Source: Chloroflexota bacterium
GTDB lineage: Bacteria; Chloroflexota; UBA11872; VXOZ01
Direction: 5' to 3'
Assembly: GCA_963663275.1 (NCBI GenBank)
Contig: OY760183.1
Location: 2,368,001-2,432,000 of the forward strand
Length of the DNA stretch: 64,000 bases
Positions 1-9,878 of this stretch are shown here, piece after piece (within the stretch, counting starts at the first letter, position 1; each line of letters begins with the position of its first letter). A model generated the notes under the pieces. It was not told where the DNA came from, did no database searches, and was given only the letters and a program-made list of their open reading frames with translations. Position numbers and translations under genes: made by a program.

Positions 1-1
1 C

Positions 2-1009
2 AGCGAGCGCACCGACGAGCCGGACTTGGTGCCCTTGGCCGTGGCGTCCGTGAAGAACTGGCCGACGCTGGACGAGGAACTGGGCTATCCTACCGAGTTC
101 ACGCAACAGGGCAGACTCCAGGTTGCCGTCTCGGAAGCGGAGATGGGCCGCTACTTGACGGAAGTGGAGGTAGGGGCGCGCTTCGGCGTGCAGGTAGACC
201 GGGTAGACCGTGCCCAAGTACGAGACATGATACCCGGCATCACCGATCGGACGCTTGGCGGGATCTTCTTCCCCAATGGCGGCCACGCCAATCCGCAGCG
301 GTCGGTGCAGGCGTTCGCGTGGGCGCTTCAGGACAGGGGCGGCAGGCTCTACCAGCATACCGCCGCCACGGGCTTCAATCTCGCTGGCGGCAGGGTTACG
401 TCGGTTGAGACGACCGCCGGCGCCATCGAGGCGGACGTGGTGGTTTGCGCCGCCGGGCCGCAGACGGCGCAGTTTGCGGAAATGGTGGGTGCGCTTGTGC
501 CCGCGGCGCCGGCGCGAGCGGAGATTATAGCGACAGCTCCTTACGAACCGCGTTTCAAGATGGCCCTTGCGGGAAACGGACTCTACGGGCGCCAGGCTAC
601 CAGGGGCAATCTGCTCTTTGGCGGCGGCCCCCACGAATGGGTAGACGTGGGTCTGACCGCTGATCCGGGCAAGCCCAACACCCCCCTCATTCGCAACATC
701 GCCAGGCGGCTTGCCGACCTGCTGCCGGGGGCGGCGCATACACCGGTCATCCGCAGTTGGGCCGGCGTGGTGGAGCAGGCCCCGGACTCTCTGCCCATCA
801 TCGATAGGCTGGACCGCCCCAGCAATTTTGTGCTGGTTACCGCCTCAGCCCACGGCTTCGCCATCGCAGCCGCCACGGGCAAGGTCGTGAGCGAATTGGC
901 GCTCCACGGCGAGACGAGCATCGACATCAGCGGCCTGCGGCTGAACAGATTTGCCGGCTTGGGTCCGAATTGGCGGGAAGAGCTTGGCTGGAGTCCAATC
1001 TCTGTATGA
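2..1009 (+). CDS. FAD-dependent oxidoreductase, DAO/sarcosine oxidase beta family (5' truncated by window)
   Basis: Frame is open from base 2. Motifs GHANPQ, ADVVVCAAG, WAGVVEQAPDSLPII and SAHGFAIAAATGKVVSEL are typical of the DAO family; the N-terminal GxGxxG lies outside the window. Confidence 0.85.
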   Translation, partial: SERTDEPDLVPLAVASVKNWPTLDEELGYPTEFTQQGRLQVAVSEAEMGRYLTEVEVGARFGVQVDRVDRAQVRDMIPGITDRTLGGIFFPNGGHANPQRSVQAFAWALQDRGGRLYQHTAATGFNLAGGRVTSVETTAGAIEADVVVCAAGPQTAQFAEMVGALVPAAPARAEIIATAPYEPRFKMALAGNGLYGRQATRGNLLFGGGPHEWVDVGLTADPGKPNTPLIRNIARRLADLLPGAAHTPVIRSWAGVVEQAPDSLPIIDRLDRPSNFVLVTASAHGFAIAAATGKVVSELALHGETSIDISGLRLNRFAGLGPNWREELGWSPISV

Positions 1010-2235
1010 CACAGCAAAGGTTCAAATCTGCATCCAAGAGTTCCTCCGGCGCGGAGATTTCTCACGGATACGATCCTCAGTACCCTACCGTACCTTTTAC
1101 GGACTTCAAATCGGTTACACCCAGAACTGCGCTGGAGTCGCTGAATCTCAACTGGCGGGAGACAGATTTGCCGGAGCGGATTCGGACGAAGCACGTTCAC
1201 CGCCTGCACCCATACCTTGGAAAGTTCGTCCCACAGTTAGTCGAAATCTTCCTGCGCAAGTTTGAGCCAACGACCGTATGCGACCCATTTTGCGGCTCGG
1301 GCACAACGCTGGTCGAAGCAGCAACACTTGGTATAGATGCGGTAGGGTGTGATATTTCCGAATTCAACACGCTTATGACCCGGGTAAAGACGGGCAAGTA
1401 CAACGGCAAGTTGCTCGAGTTCGAAGTCAGCGACATTCTTAGCAAAGTGTTGTCGCTGCCACAGTTGACGCTACGAGAAGAGGGGGTGCTTTATCATGCG
1501 AGTGACTACCTCAAGTCGTGGTTCGCGCCAAAAGCACTGACATCACTTCTGGCCTACCGAGATCTGATTCCAAACTATACGTACAGCGACGTACTGAGAT
1601 TGATCCTGTCACGAGCGGCCAGGTCCGCGCGCCGCACAACCCACTTCGATCTTGACTTCCCCAAACAGCCTCAAACTGAGCCCTATTACTGTTACAAACA
1701 TGGCCGGATTTGCAGGCCAACAGAGAGTGCGGCGCAGTTTCTCAAGCGGTACAGCAACGACACACTGAAGAGAATACGAGAGTTCACGGCCATGCGGAGG
1801 AATGTCGCCATATCAACCATTACCGAAGATTCCAGGACCGCGCATTTCCCCAAATTCGATCTTGTCGTCACTTCTCCACCCTATGTTGGACTTATTGACT
1901 ATCATAAGCAGCACATGTATGCATACGAGTTGCTGGAGTTGGAATGGAAGGCTAAAGAAGAAATAGGGCCGGCTGCCAAAGGAAGCTCACGTCGTGCGCA
2001 AGCTGAATATGCTGACAACATGGCCGAGTCTTTCAATAACATCAAGAAAGGCCTTTCAAGAGATGGGCGCATGGTCGTGATTGTAAACGACAAATTCGGC
2101 CTTTATGACGAAATTCAAGAGCGAGTTGGAATGTCTCTCGAGACAAGATTGGAGAGACACGTTAACAGAAGAACAGGAAGAAGGGCCGGAGATTTCTACG
2201 AGAGCATTCTCGTTTGGGTCGCAAAGGGGAGCTGA
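1006..2235 (+). CDS. Type II DNA methyltransferase, N4-cytosine, alpha class
   Basis: Motif I DPFCGSGTT precedes motif IV VTSPPY; HPYLGKF is present. ATG at 1006 forms an ATGA overlap with the upstream stop. Confidence 0.9.
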   Translation: MTQQRFKSASKSSSGAEISHGYDPQYPTVPFTDFKSVTPRTALESLNLNWRETDLPERIRTKHVHRLHPYLGKFVPQLVEIFLRKFEPTTVCDPFCGSGTTLVEAATLGIDAVGCDISEFNTLMTRVKTGKYNGKLLEFEVSDILSKVLSLPQLTLREEGVLYHASDYLKSWFAPKALTSLLAYRDLIPNYTYSDVLRLILSRAARSARRTTHFDLDFPKQPQTEPYYCYKHGRICRPTESAAQFLKRYSNDTLKRIREFTAMRRNVAISTITEDSRTAHFPKFDLVVTSPPYVGLIDYHKQHMYAYELLELEWKAKEEIGPAAKGSSRRAQAEYADNMAESFNNIKKGLSRDGRMVVIVNDKFGLYDEIQERVGMSLETRLERHVNRRTGRRAGDFYESILVWVAKGS

Positions 2236-2236
2236 A

Positions 2237-3016
2237 GTGAGATTAGCGACGGAGGAAGCTGTCTACGATGTTCTACGAGAGTTTGCCTTTAGCCAAATAC
2301 CGAAGCTGAGCAAGTGGACCCTCGCTGACATCAGGCAGGGGTACCCATTCCACCAACTTTTCTTTCCTGAAGAAGCTATCCTAGCGGCGAGAGTTGAACG
2401 AAGTGTGGTGACATCGATGGGAACAAAGCTGTATCCAGCTTTGGCAGAAGCTATTGCAGGGAGTCGCTTCAGAAAGGTGTTTGTTGAGCACGTTGTTGAA
2501 GGCCCGGTCAACGATGCGGCCATAAATATGATCGAGCAAATCGTGACTGAACTTCGGACTTCTCCAAGTAAACGAGAAACTCCTCGACAGCCTGACCATG
2601 ACGGGGAAATGCGCGATATCCTGAACTCACGAGGCGGTGGGCAATCGACTAGAGCGGTCACTGCCGACGTATACATAGAAGATTTTGATGACGGCCCACT
2701 GTTTATAGAGTTGAAGAGCCCACTCCCGAATCTGGATATTGCCGCAGAGTCAAAGAGAAAACTCCTCTATTACTTGACCATCATGCACAGAAGAGGAATA
2801 AGCACATCGAAGGCATTTCTCGGCCTGACATACAATCCTCACATTACACGCGACCAGTACAACCATCCTTTCACAAAGAGGATCATGGACATGGATAAGC
2901 AAGTGTTGATTGGCAGCGAGTTGTGGGATTACATCGGCGGCTCCGGAACGTATGCCAGCCTGCTTTCGTTAATCGAGCGAGTTCGTCAGGAGTTGCCCGA
3001 TTCCACTGGTCTGTAG
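2237..3016 (+). CDS. Type II restriction endonuclease, TdeIII/MjaII-like PD-(D/E)xK
   Basis: Motifs ADVY...FIELKSPLPNLD, YNP and IGSELWDYIGG. GTG start lies 1 nt after the MTase stop with a purine-rich RBS; low GC. Confidence 0.8.
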   Translation: MRLATEEAVYDVLREFAFSQIPKLSKWTLADIRQGYPFHQLFFPEEAILAARVERSVVTSMGTKLYPALAEAIAGSRFRKVFVEHVVEGPVNDAAINMIEQIVTELRTSPSKRETPRQPDHDGEMRDILNSRGGGQSTRAVTADVYIEDFDDGPLFIELKSPLPNLDIAAESKRKLLYYLTIMHRRGISTSKAFLGLTYNPHITRDQYNHPFTKRIMDMDKQVLIGSELWDYIGGSGTYASLLSLIERVRQELPDSTGL

Positions 3017-3217
3017 CCTCTCTGCGACCGGCTGGGCTCGGCAAAGAACCATTCGTTCTGTCAAGCGGGGGCTTGTGTGCAGTCTTCTATGTTGCAGAAG
3101 ATTCGGAGTGGCGGCTCCGTCCGATGCTAGTTCCTTCAATCCTGAGAAGTAGCACTCGCTGGTTCGATCAATACTAGGGATACCGCCAAGGTTCCGAACT
3201 CCATCTGGCTTCAGAGT

Positions 3218-3685
3218 ATGGAAGCAGTGAACGACACCAAACCATGTCGAATCAGACCGGCAAATGAGATCGATGTACAATCAGTCTTGGATTTGTCGCG
3301 GCTGTGGGCCGAAGAAGGCTGCACGACCGGCTATGTCCCGTGTACGGCTCAGCACCTTCAGCCCTGGCTTGACGGCGGCTATTTCTTCGTGGCCGAGATT
3401 GAGGACGCGACCATAGCGTACGCCGCGGGAGTGGTGAAACTGGGAAAAGGCGCAATCTATAGGCCCGAGGGCGAGCAGTATTTGAATGTTGATGAAGTCT
3501 TCGTCCATGCCGACCACCGGAGCGGCGGCATTGGCGCGCAACTCATGCAGGCCCTCCTGGATAAGGCGGCATTGGCAGGCGTGGCGCGCTCTATGGTTGG
3601 CTCGAACAACGTGGACTGGTTGTCCACATTTCGCTTCTACGAACGGCATGGCTACCGCATGTTCGCAATCCAGATGTACAAGTAG
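3218..3685 (+). CDS. GNAT family N-acetyltransferase
   Basis: AcCoA motif VFVHADHRSGGIGAQLM and C-terminal FYERHGY. Confidence 0.9.
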   Translation: MEAVNDTKPCRIRPANEIDVQSVLDLSRLWAEEGCTTGYVPCTAQHLQPWLDGGYFFVAEIEDATIAYAAGVVKLGKGAIYRPEGEQYLNVDEVFVHADHRSGGIGAQLMQALLDKAALAGVARSMVGSNNVDWLSTFRFYERHGYRMFAIQMYK

Positions 3686-3847
3686 CTGATATGAGGGGGT
3701 CGCAAGCCGGCCAACGCTTGAGGCTGGCGAGCGTCAGGCCGTCCCGCTTGCGCCTCCCAACGTCGCTGCGCTTGCGGATACAACCCGGACGCTTCAAGCG
3801 GACGTTCAGTATGCACAGCGGTTGCCTTGAATTGGAGGAGCAACCTG

Positions 3848-5347
3848 TTGAAAGCTTCAATTCGCTTGGACATTGCGCACACCGTCAGTGAGATCGACCC
3901 GCGTCTGTTCAGCGGATTCCTCGAGCACTTAGGCCGGGCCGTGTACGAGGGGGTTTACGATCCGGCAAGCCCGCTGAGCGATGCCAATGGCTTCCGCACG
4001 GACGTGGCCGCGACGCTGCGCAAGCTGGGTATGCCCTATGTGCGTTATCCGGGCGGCAACTTCGTCAGTAACTATGACTGGCGCGACGGCGTGGGACCGC
4101 AGGCAGAGCGACCGGTGCGGCCGGACTTCGCGTGGCGCAGCATTGAGCCAAACACATTTGGCGTGGATGAATTCATGCGCTGGTGCCGTTGGGTGGACAC
4201 CGAGCCGATGATGGCGGTCAATCTCGGCACGCTGGGACCCCGTGAAGCGGCGGAGCTTGTCGAATACTGCAACTTGCCCGGCGGCACACACTGGTCCGAC
4301 GCCAGGGTACGAAACAGCAGCGCCGAACCGCACGGCATCAAGCTCTGGTGCCTGGGCAACGAGATGGACGGCCCGTGGCAAGCGGGCCATTGCTCGGCAG
4401 CGGAGTACGCACTGAAAGCGCAGCAGGCCGCCCGTCTCATGCGCGGGATCGACACCAACATAGAGCTTGTGGCGTGCGGCTCCTCCGGGCGTTACATGGC
4501 TACCTACCTGGAGTGGGACCGCGTCGTCCTGGAAACCTGCTGGGAGGATATTGAGTACATTTCCGCCCACCGCTACAGCCGCAATTACGATGATGACAGC
4601 GCGTGGTTTCTGGCCGAGGGCGTGGAGATTGACCGCGTATTAGACGATTACGCCGGTCTGCTCGCTTACGTGCGCGGCATGAAGAAGAGCGACAAGAGGG
4701 TCTACATCGCTTTCGATGAGTGGAACGTCTGGTATAAGGACCGCCAGGGAGACGGCGCCTGGAGCCGCGCGCCCCACTTGCTGGAAGAGGTCTACAACCT
4801 GGAGGACGCCCTGGTCTGCGCGCAGTTCTTGAATAGCTTCCTGCGCCACGCCGATACTGTGAAGATCGCGTGCCTGGCGCAGATCGTCAACGTCATCGCG
4901 CCCATCCTGACACGGCCCGACGGCTTGCTCATCCAGAGCATCTACTATCCGTTTCAGCTCTTCTCCCAACACGCGCGCGGCGTCTCGCTTACGCCAATTG
5001 TGGAAGGGCCGACGTATGCGGCCGGAGCCAGGGGCGAAGCGCCGCTGTTGGACGTGTCGGCAAGCCATGACCCCGAAAGCGACTCCATCAGCATCTTCAT
5101 CGTCAATAGAAGCCAGTCGGACGATGTGGAAGTCCACGTTTCGTGTGGAGACTTCCGGGCCCGGCCTGATGTCGAGACGGCCGTGCTCACCGGCAGCGGC
5201 CCCAAGGCCCACAACACCTGGGAAAGGCCGGACGTTATTCGGCCAAGACCTGGCGCCGCTACGGTAGACACGGACGGAATCGTGCGCGTGACGGTACCGT
5301 CGCTGGGGTTGTCCGTCCTTGGTGTGCAGCGGGAAGAGCAAGCCTGA
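3848..5347 (+). CDS. abfA: Alpha-L-arabinofuranosidase, GH51
   Basis: Motifs FLEHLGRAVYEG, RYPGGNF, LGNEMDGPWQ and FDEWNVW. GGAGGAG RBS precedes TTG 3848. Confidence 0.92.
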   Translation: MKASIRLDIAHTVSEIDPRLFSGFLEHLGRAVYEGVYDPASPLSDANGFRTDVAATLRKLGMPYVRYPGGNFVSNYDWRDGVGPQAERPVRPDFAWRSIEPNTFGVDEFMRWCRWVDTEPMMAVNLGTLGPREAAELVEYCNLPGGTHWSDARVRNSSAEPHGIKLWCLGNEMDGPWQAGHCSAAEYALKAQQAARLMRGIDTNIELVACGSSGRYMATYLEWDRVVLETCWEDIEYISAHRYSRNYDDDSAWFLAEGVEIDRVLDDYAGLLAYVRGMKKSDKRVYIAFDEWNVWYKDRQGDGAWSRAPHLLEEVYNLEDALVCAQFLNSFLRHADTVKIACLAQIVNVIAPILTRPDGLLIQSIYYPFQLFSQHARGVSLTPIVEGPTYAAGARGEAPLLDVSASHDPESDSISIFIVNRSQSDDVEVHVSCGDFRARPDVETAVLTGSGPKAHNTWERPDVIRPRPGAATVDTDGIVRVTVPSLGLSVLGVQREEQA

Positions 5348-5556
5348 CTGCATAGGCCCTCAAGACCCGCGACTCGCGGGTCGCGGGTGAAGGTTGGCGC
5401 TTGTCCTATGCTTCCTCTCACGTCTGGACAGCGTACGTGCTGATGCTGCTGTTCTCTTCCTGTCCGCGCGCTCGAGCGTCCGGCTTGCCAAGCGACTCCT
5501 TCTCGTGATACATGAAGAGGAGCAACCAATCGAATGGAGACTGTCGGGAGAGTAGA

Positions 5557-5937
5557 ATGGCGCTGCGCGTGCACATACGCTGCGATGGAGTGAGCGCTAC
5601 GGCAACGTTGAACGACTCGCCCACCGCCCAGGCGGTTTGGGATGCGCTTCCGCTTGAAGGCAGCGCCAACGTCTGGGGCGATGAGATCTATTTCCGTATC
5701 CCGGTGTCACTTGCGGAAGAGGATGCCCAGGAAGTTGTGAAACTCGGCGCTCTCGGCTACTGGCCGCCGGGCAACGCCTTCTGCATCTTCTTTGGCCCGA
5801 CCCCGATGAGCCACGGCAACGAGATCCGGCCCGCTTCGCCGGTGAACGTCTTTGGCGCGATTGACGGCGATCCGACCGTCTTCAAGCGGGTGTCCGGCGG
5901 CGCCCAAGTCACAATCGAGCGTAATGAGCAGGACTAA
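5557..5937 (+). CDS. Cyclophilin-like fold protein (TM1367/DUF369-like)
   Basis: Motifs WGDEIYF, YWPPGNAFCIFFGPTP and PASPVNVFG. Confidence 0.85.
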   Translation: MALRVHIRCDGVSATATLNDSPTAQAVWDALPLEGSANVWGDEIYFRIPVSLAEEDAQEVVKLGALGYWPPGNAFCIFFGPTPMSHGNEIRPASPVNVFGAIDGDPTVFKRVSGGAQVTIERNEQD

Positions 5938-5981
5938 CGGTTTGCGGTTGACCCATCACATGCCAGCGAGGAGTGTCGGCT

Positions 5982-6815
5982 ATGCCCTACGCATTGGAAG
6001 ACGAATTTGGCGACATAATCGGTAAGGCGCGGCGGGGGTTGGGGTTGAGCGCCGCTGACGCGGCGGAGCGGGTGGGCGTCAGTGTTGATGACCTTGAGAC
6101 GATGGAAAGCTATGAGCTAATTCCCGATCAGGCGGTAATCAACCGCATTGCCGCCTTGCTCGGCTTGCAGGAGGCGCGCCTGGGCGCGATCGCGCGGGAA
6201 GAGTGGGAGCCCGCGGCCGCCATTCTTGCCGCGAGCGAAGACGTTGCCATCGAGCGCTTTCTCGTTGAGGCGTACAACGCGAACGTCTACCTGCTGGTCA
6301 ACGCCAAGACTGAAACTGCCCTGCTCATCGACGCGGGCGGGCTGGGCGAGGAGGTGGCGCGCCACGTCCGCCAGGCCGGGCTTCGCCTGCTCGCCATTCT
6401 CTTCACCCACGGGCACGGCGACCACACGGAAGCGGCCGGCGTAGTGCAGCAGGAAACCGGCGCTATCGTCCACGCCCACGCTGCCGACGAACGCCTCGCC
6501 AAGGGAGCGTATGACGGAGAGATTCAGGCGTTGAGCGGCAATGAGACGTTGGAATTCGAGGGCTTCACCGTGCGGGTCGCGTCAACGCCGGGCCACACGG
6601 CCGGCAGCGTTACCTATGGTATCGGCGGCGCCGCCTTCACGGGAGACACGCTGTTTTGCGGTTCCATGGGGCGGTGCAGCCTGGACTATCCCAGCATGTT
6701 GCAGTCTATCCGCGACAACATTCTCACGTTGCCTCCCGCCACCGGCCTCTATCCGGGCCACGGACCGGCCACAACCGCGCAGGAAGAGCGGGACCACAAC
6801 CCGTTCTTCAGCTAA
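5982..6815 (+). CDS. XRE-type HTH fused to MBL-fold metallo-hydrolase (glyoxalase II-like)
   Basis: N-terminal IGKARRGLGLSAADAAERVGVS helix-turn-helix, followed by THGHGDH, PGHT, FTGDTLF and PGHG. Confidence 0.85.
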   Translation: MPYALEDEFGDIIGKARRGLGLSAADAAERVGVSVDDLETMESYELIPDQAVINRIAALLGLQEARLGAIAREEWEPAAAILAASEDVAIERFLVEAYNANVYLLVNAKTETALLIDAGGLGEEVARHVRQAGLRLLAILFTHGHGDHTEAAGVVQQETGAIVHAHAADERLAKGAYDGEIQALSGNETLEFEGFTVRVASTPGHTAGSVTYGIGGAAFTGDTLFCGSMGRCSLDYPSMLQSIRDNILTLPPATGLYPGHGPATTAQEERDHNPFFS

Positions 6816-7008
6816 GACGGCCACTTCGTCAAAGGCTTTGACTTCGATCAAAATGCAAGGTAATCTTGGCCGAAGTCGAGGTTTGAGGACGAGAAGGTAA
6901 GTGGAGCGCCGTTGGGCTTCCCTCTTAAGGGACGGCATTGGCGGCGCGCGCGCAGGCGTTCTGCGATTGAAGAGAGTAGACCAAATGAGAAGATCATCAC
7001 GCGGCCTG

Positions 7009-8226
7009 ATGAAGCGACGTGATCTCCTGGCTGCCGCCGGCGCGGCCACAATGGCTCTTGCGGCCGCCACGGCCTGCGGGCAGGAGGCAGAGAACACTCC
7101 CGCTGGGCCGACAAGCACGCCCGCCGCTACGCCGCAAGCGGAAGCCGCGCAGCCCACACCCTCGCCGGCGCTGCCGGACAACCTGCGGTTCTCCACTTTT
7201 GGCTGGCGGACCGATTTTTCCAAGCACAGTGTGCCGCTGGATGAGATCAGCTCGGGGGGCGTGGGGAGGGACGGGATTCCGCCAATTGGCGAGCCGACGT
7301 TCATCACTCCCGCGGAAGCGGCCGCGTACCTCGACGACAACAAACCCGTAGTCGTGGTGGAAGTGAACGGCGAAGCGAAAGCCTATCCCATCGAAATCCT
7401 CGTATGGCACGAGATCGTTAACGACGTGATTGGCGGCGTGCCGGTGACGGTGACCTTCTGCCCGCTCTGCAACACCGCCATCGCCTTCGACCGCCGCCTC
7501 GAGGGCGTCACGTACGACTTCGGCGTGAGCGGAAACTTGCGCTACAGCGACCTCATCATGTACGACCGCCAGACCCATAGCTGGTGGCAGCAGATCACCG
7601 GCGCGGCCATCGTCGGCGAACTCACCGGCAAGCGACTGACCGTGCTGCCGGCCGCCATCGTCTCATTCGGGGACTTTCGCGGCACGTATCCGGAGGGCGT
7701 GGTGCTGTCCCGCGACACCGGCTATCCCCAATACCTGACACGCTACGGCCACAACCCCTATCCCGGCTACGATGACATATCGCGGTCGCCGTTTCTCTTC
7801 CACGAGCCGGTCGATGGCCGCCTGCCGGCCATGGCGCGGGTGGTCACGGTATCGCTGCGTGGAGAGGACGCTGCCTATCCTTTCTCCGTGCTGGCGGAGC
7901 AAAAGGTGGTTGCGGATACCGTCGGCGGGGAGCCGATCGTGGTCTTTCACCAGCCGGGCACGGTTTCGCCATTTTCCCAGGGCGCGGACATTGGGGCGGC
8001 CGGCGTCTTTTCGCCGGCGCTCGACGGCAAGACCTTGCGATTCACCGTGGACGATAACGGCGAAATTGTGGATACGGAAACTGAGTCGCGTTGGAACGTG
8101 CTCGGCCTCGCGGTGGCGGGCCCTCTGGCCGGCAAGCAACTGCAATCCGTGGTGAACGGCAACCACTTCTGGTTCGCCTGGGCGGTCTTCAAGCCCGATA
8201 CGCGCGTGTTTGGTCTGTCTGAGTAG
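7009..8226 (+). CDS. DUF3179-domain Tat lipoprotein
   Basis: MKRRDLL...AATACG Tat signal and lipobox; motifs DGIPPI, WHEIVND, TFCPLCNT, YDRQTHSWWQQ and FWFAW. Confidence 0.85.
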   Translation: MKRRDLLAAAGAATMALAAATACGQEAENTPAGPTSTPAATPQAEAAQPTPSPALPDNLRFSTFGWRTDFSKHSVPLDEISSGGVGRDGIPPIGEPTFITPAEAAAYLDDNKPVVVVEVNGEAKAYPIEILVWHEIVNDVIGGVPVTVTFCPLCNTAIAFDRRLEGVTYDFGVSGNLRYSDLIMYDRQTHSWWQQITGAAIVGELTGKRLTVLPAAIVSFGDFRGTYPEGVVLSRDTGYPQYLTRYGHNPYPGYDDISRSPFLFHEPVDGRLPAMARVVTVSLRGEDAAYPFSVLAEQKVVADTVGGEPIVVFHQPGTVSPFSQGADIGAAGVFSPALDGKTLRFTVDDNGEIVDTETESRWNVLGLAVAGPLAGKQLQSVVNGNHFWFAWAVFKPDTRVFGLSE

Positions 8227-8274
8227 ACGCCCCGTCAAGCTATGGAGCGAAACGAGACCCGGCAGCCGAGAGGT

Positions 8275-8474
8275 CTCCCTCTCCCTTTGGGAGAGGGCCG
8301 GGGAGAGGGTGAATCCTAGACGGCTTCGCCCCATTTCGTAAGTCTAAGGTATGAGACGCCGCACTATTTCCCCCTCACCCTAACACTCTCCCAGAGGGAG
8401 AGGGGACAAGAGGCGCGCGCCGGGGTCGGTCGGCTCTCTCCCCGGATACGCAAAGGTCTCCAAAGGGAGAGGGA
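8275..8474. repeat. REP-like family A (CCCTCTCCC-n-GGGAGAGGG) cluster between convergent genes
   Basis: Copies at 8275-8311, inverted at 8370-8406 and partial at 8457-8474. The same motif occurs at 45034 and 26189/26351. Confidence 0.8.
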
Positions 8475-8565
8475 ACCGTTCGCCTCTCAACGAGGTTTCG
8501 CAGGGGTATCGCTCTGGGAAATAGTGCTGGCTGTGGTCTGTTTCTATAGCAGTGATGGCGCAATG

Positions 8566-9687
8566 TCACCATGGCTCAGCGCCGGAATTCCCAAATCTTG
8601 TGGGGTTCCAGTGGGATACAGGCCGGCCGGTCTCGCCCGTCGTAAGAAAATCCTTGATGATCTCGGCGGTGATCGGCGCTTGTTGGATGCCCAGCTTGTG
8701 GTGGCCTACGGCGTAGTAGTAACCGGCAAGTGCGGAAGGGCCAACGAGCGGATAGCCGTCCGGGCTGAAGGGACGGAAGCCCGACCACAGTTCCGCGATG
8801 GTACCGGCGGCAAGCGCGGGCACGGCCTGGATGGCGGCCTGGAGCATGCCCTGTATCGCGCCGGCCGTATTGCGCCGGTCGTAGCCAACCAGTTCGGTCG
8901 TCGCGCCCAGCACGATGCGGCCGCTCTTGCGGGGGATGATGATGAACTGGGGCAGGTTGATCAGGTGGGTGAGCGCGACGGATTCCGCGCGCAGCGCGAG
9001 CATTTGGCCGCGTTGCGGTTCCACCGGGATACGTTCCGGCGCGCCCCGCAACGTGCCGCCCCAACTGCCGGCCGCATTGACGACCGCGCCGGCGTTGAAC
9101 AACTGGTTCGCCGTGCGCACGCCGGTCACTTTGCCCCGCTCGACCTGGAGTTCCCGGACGTCGCTGCCGATGAAGACGTCTACTCCGGCCCGCCGCGCGC
9201 CGGATTCGAGGGCGCGCAGCAAGCGCCGGTTCTCGATGTTCGCGCAGGGGGTCACCATGCCGAGCGCGACCGGCGCCGTAACGTCCGGCTGCCTGGCCCG
9301 CACCTCGCCGGGATCGATGAACTCGCAGCCGAGACCGGCCCCGTCCAACTGGGGCCGCAACGCGCGCAGATTGGCTTCGTCTTCTTCGCTGAAGGCGAGA
9401 TGCAGAGCGGGATGGCGCACCGCTTCAACGTCAATGCCAGTCTCGTCGGCCAGAACGGGGGCCAATGCCAGCAGCATTTCGCTGCCTTCCACGCGCAGCG
9501 CAAAGTCGGCCACGCTTTCATAGGCATAGGGCCTGCTCATCAACACGCCGGCGGACGCCCAGGAAGCCTCTTTGCCCACCTCGCCGCGCTCTAGCAGGGC
9601 AACGGAGAAACCGGCGGCGCGCAGCGCCCGCGCGGCCATCAAGCCGATGATGCCGCCGCCGACAATGACCGCGTCGTATGCTTGCAT
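8566..9687 (-). CDS. Glycine oxidase ThiO-like FAD oxidoreductase
   Basis: Motifs IVGGGIIG, EASWASAGVL, PQRGQM, WSGFRPFSPDG and GHHKLGIQQAPITA. Confidence 0.82.
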   Translation of the reverse strand: MQAYDAVIVGGGIIGLMAARALRAAGFSVALLERGEVGKEASWASAGVLMSRPYAYESVADFALRVEGSEMLLALAPVLADETGIDVEAVRHPALHLAFSEEDEANLRALRPQLDGAGLGCEFIDPGEVRARQPDVTAPVALGMVTPCANIENRRLLRALESGARRAGVDVFIGSDVRELQVERGKVTGVRTANQLFNAGAVVNAAGSWGGTLRGAPERIPVEPQRGQMLALRAESVALTHLINLPQFIIIPRKSGRIVLGATTELVGYDRRNTAGAIQGMLQAAIQAVPALAAGTIAELWSGFRPFSPDGYPLVGPSALAGYYYAVGHHKLGIQQAPITAEIIKDFLTTGETGRPVSHWNPTRFGNSGAEPW

Positions 9688-9878
9688 CGCGCCGCTCACC
9701 CTCTTTGTTGCAGTGCCGCTTGCGGCCCGCTCTCTCCGCCGCTTCACCATTATACTGAATTCGCCTGCATCCCAGGCTTGCTTGGCAAGGGTTGTGGCAT
9801 AATTCAACGTGGGAACCGGAAAGTTCACTCAGCCTATAGCGCGCCGCGGCCAAGCGGCGTTCAAAGGTAAACCGCTGT

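Noticed and set aside
970-2236. ORF-track starts at 970 and 2105, implying long overlaps in the R-M cassette
   Set aside because: Starts at 1006 (ATGA coupling) and 2237 (RBS, 1 nt after the stop) are more plausible.
5364-5382. Hairpin GACCCGCG-ACT-CGCGGGTC after abfA as an intrinsic terminator
   Set aside because: No U-tract follows, so support is too weak to call.
9688-9878. TPP or glycine riboswitch upstream of the ThiO-like gene
   Set aside because: Only a short GCCGC-AA-GCGGC hairpin is present; the conserved riboswitch cores are not found, and no thiS/thiG genes are adjacent.
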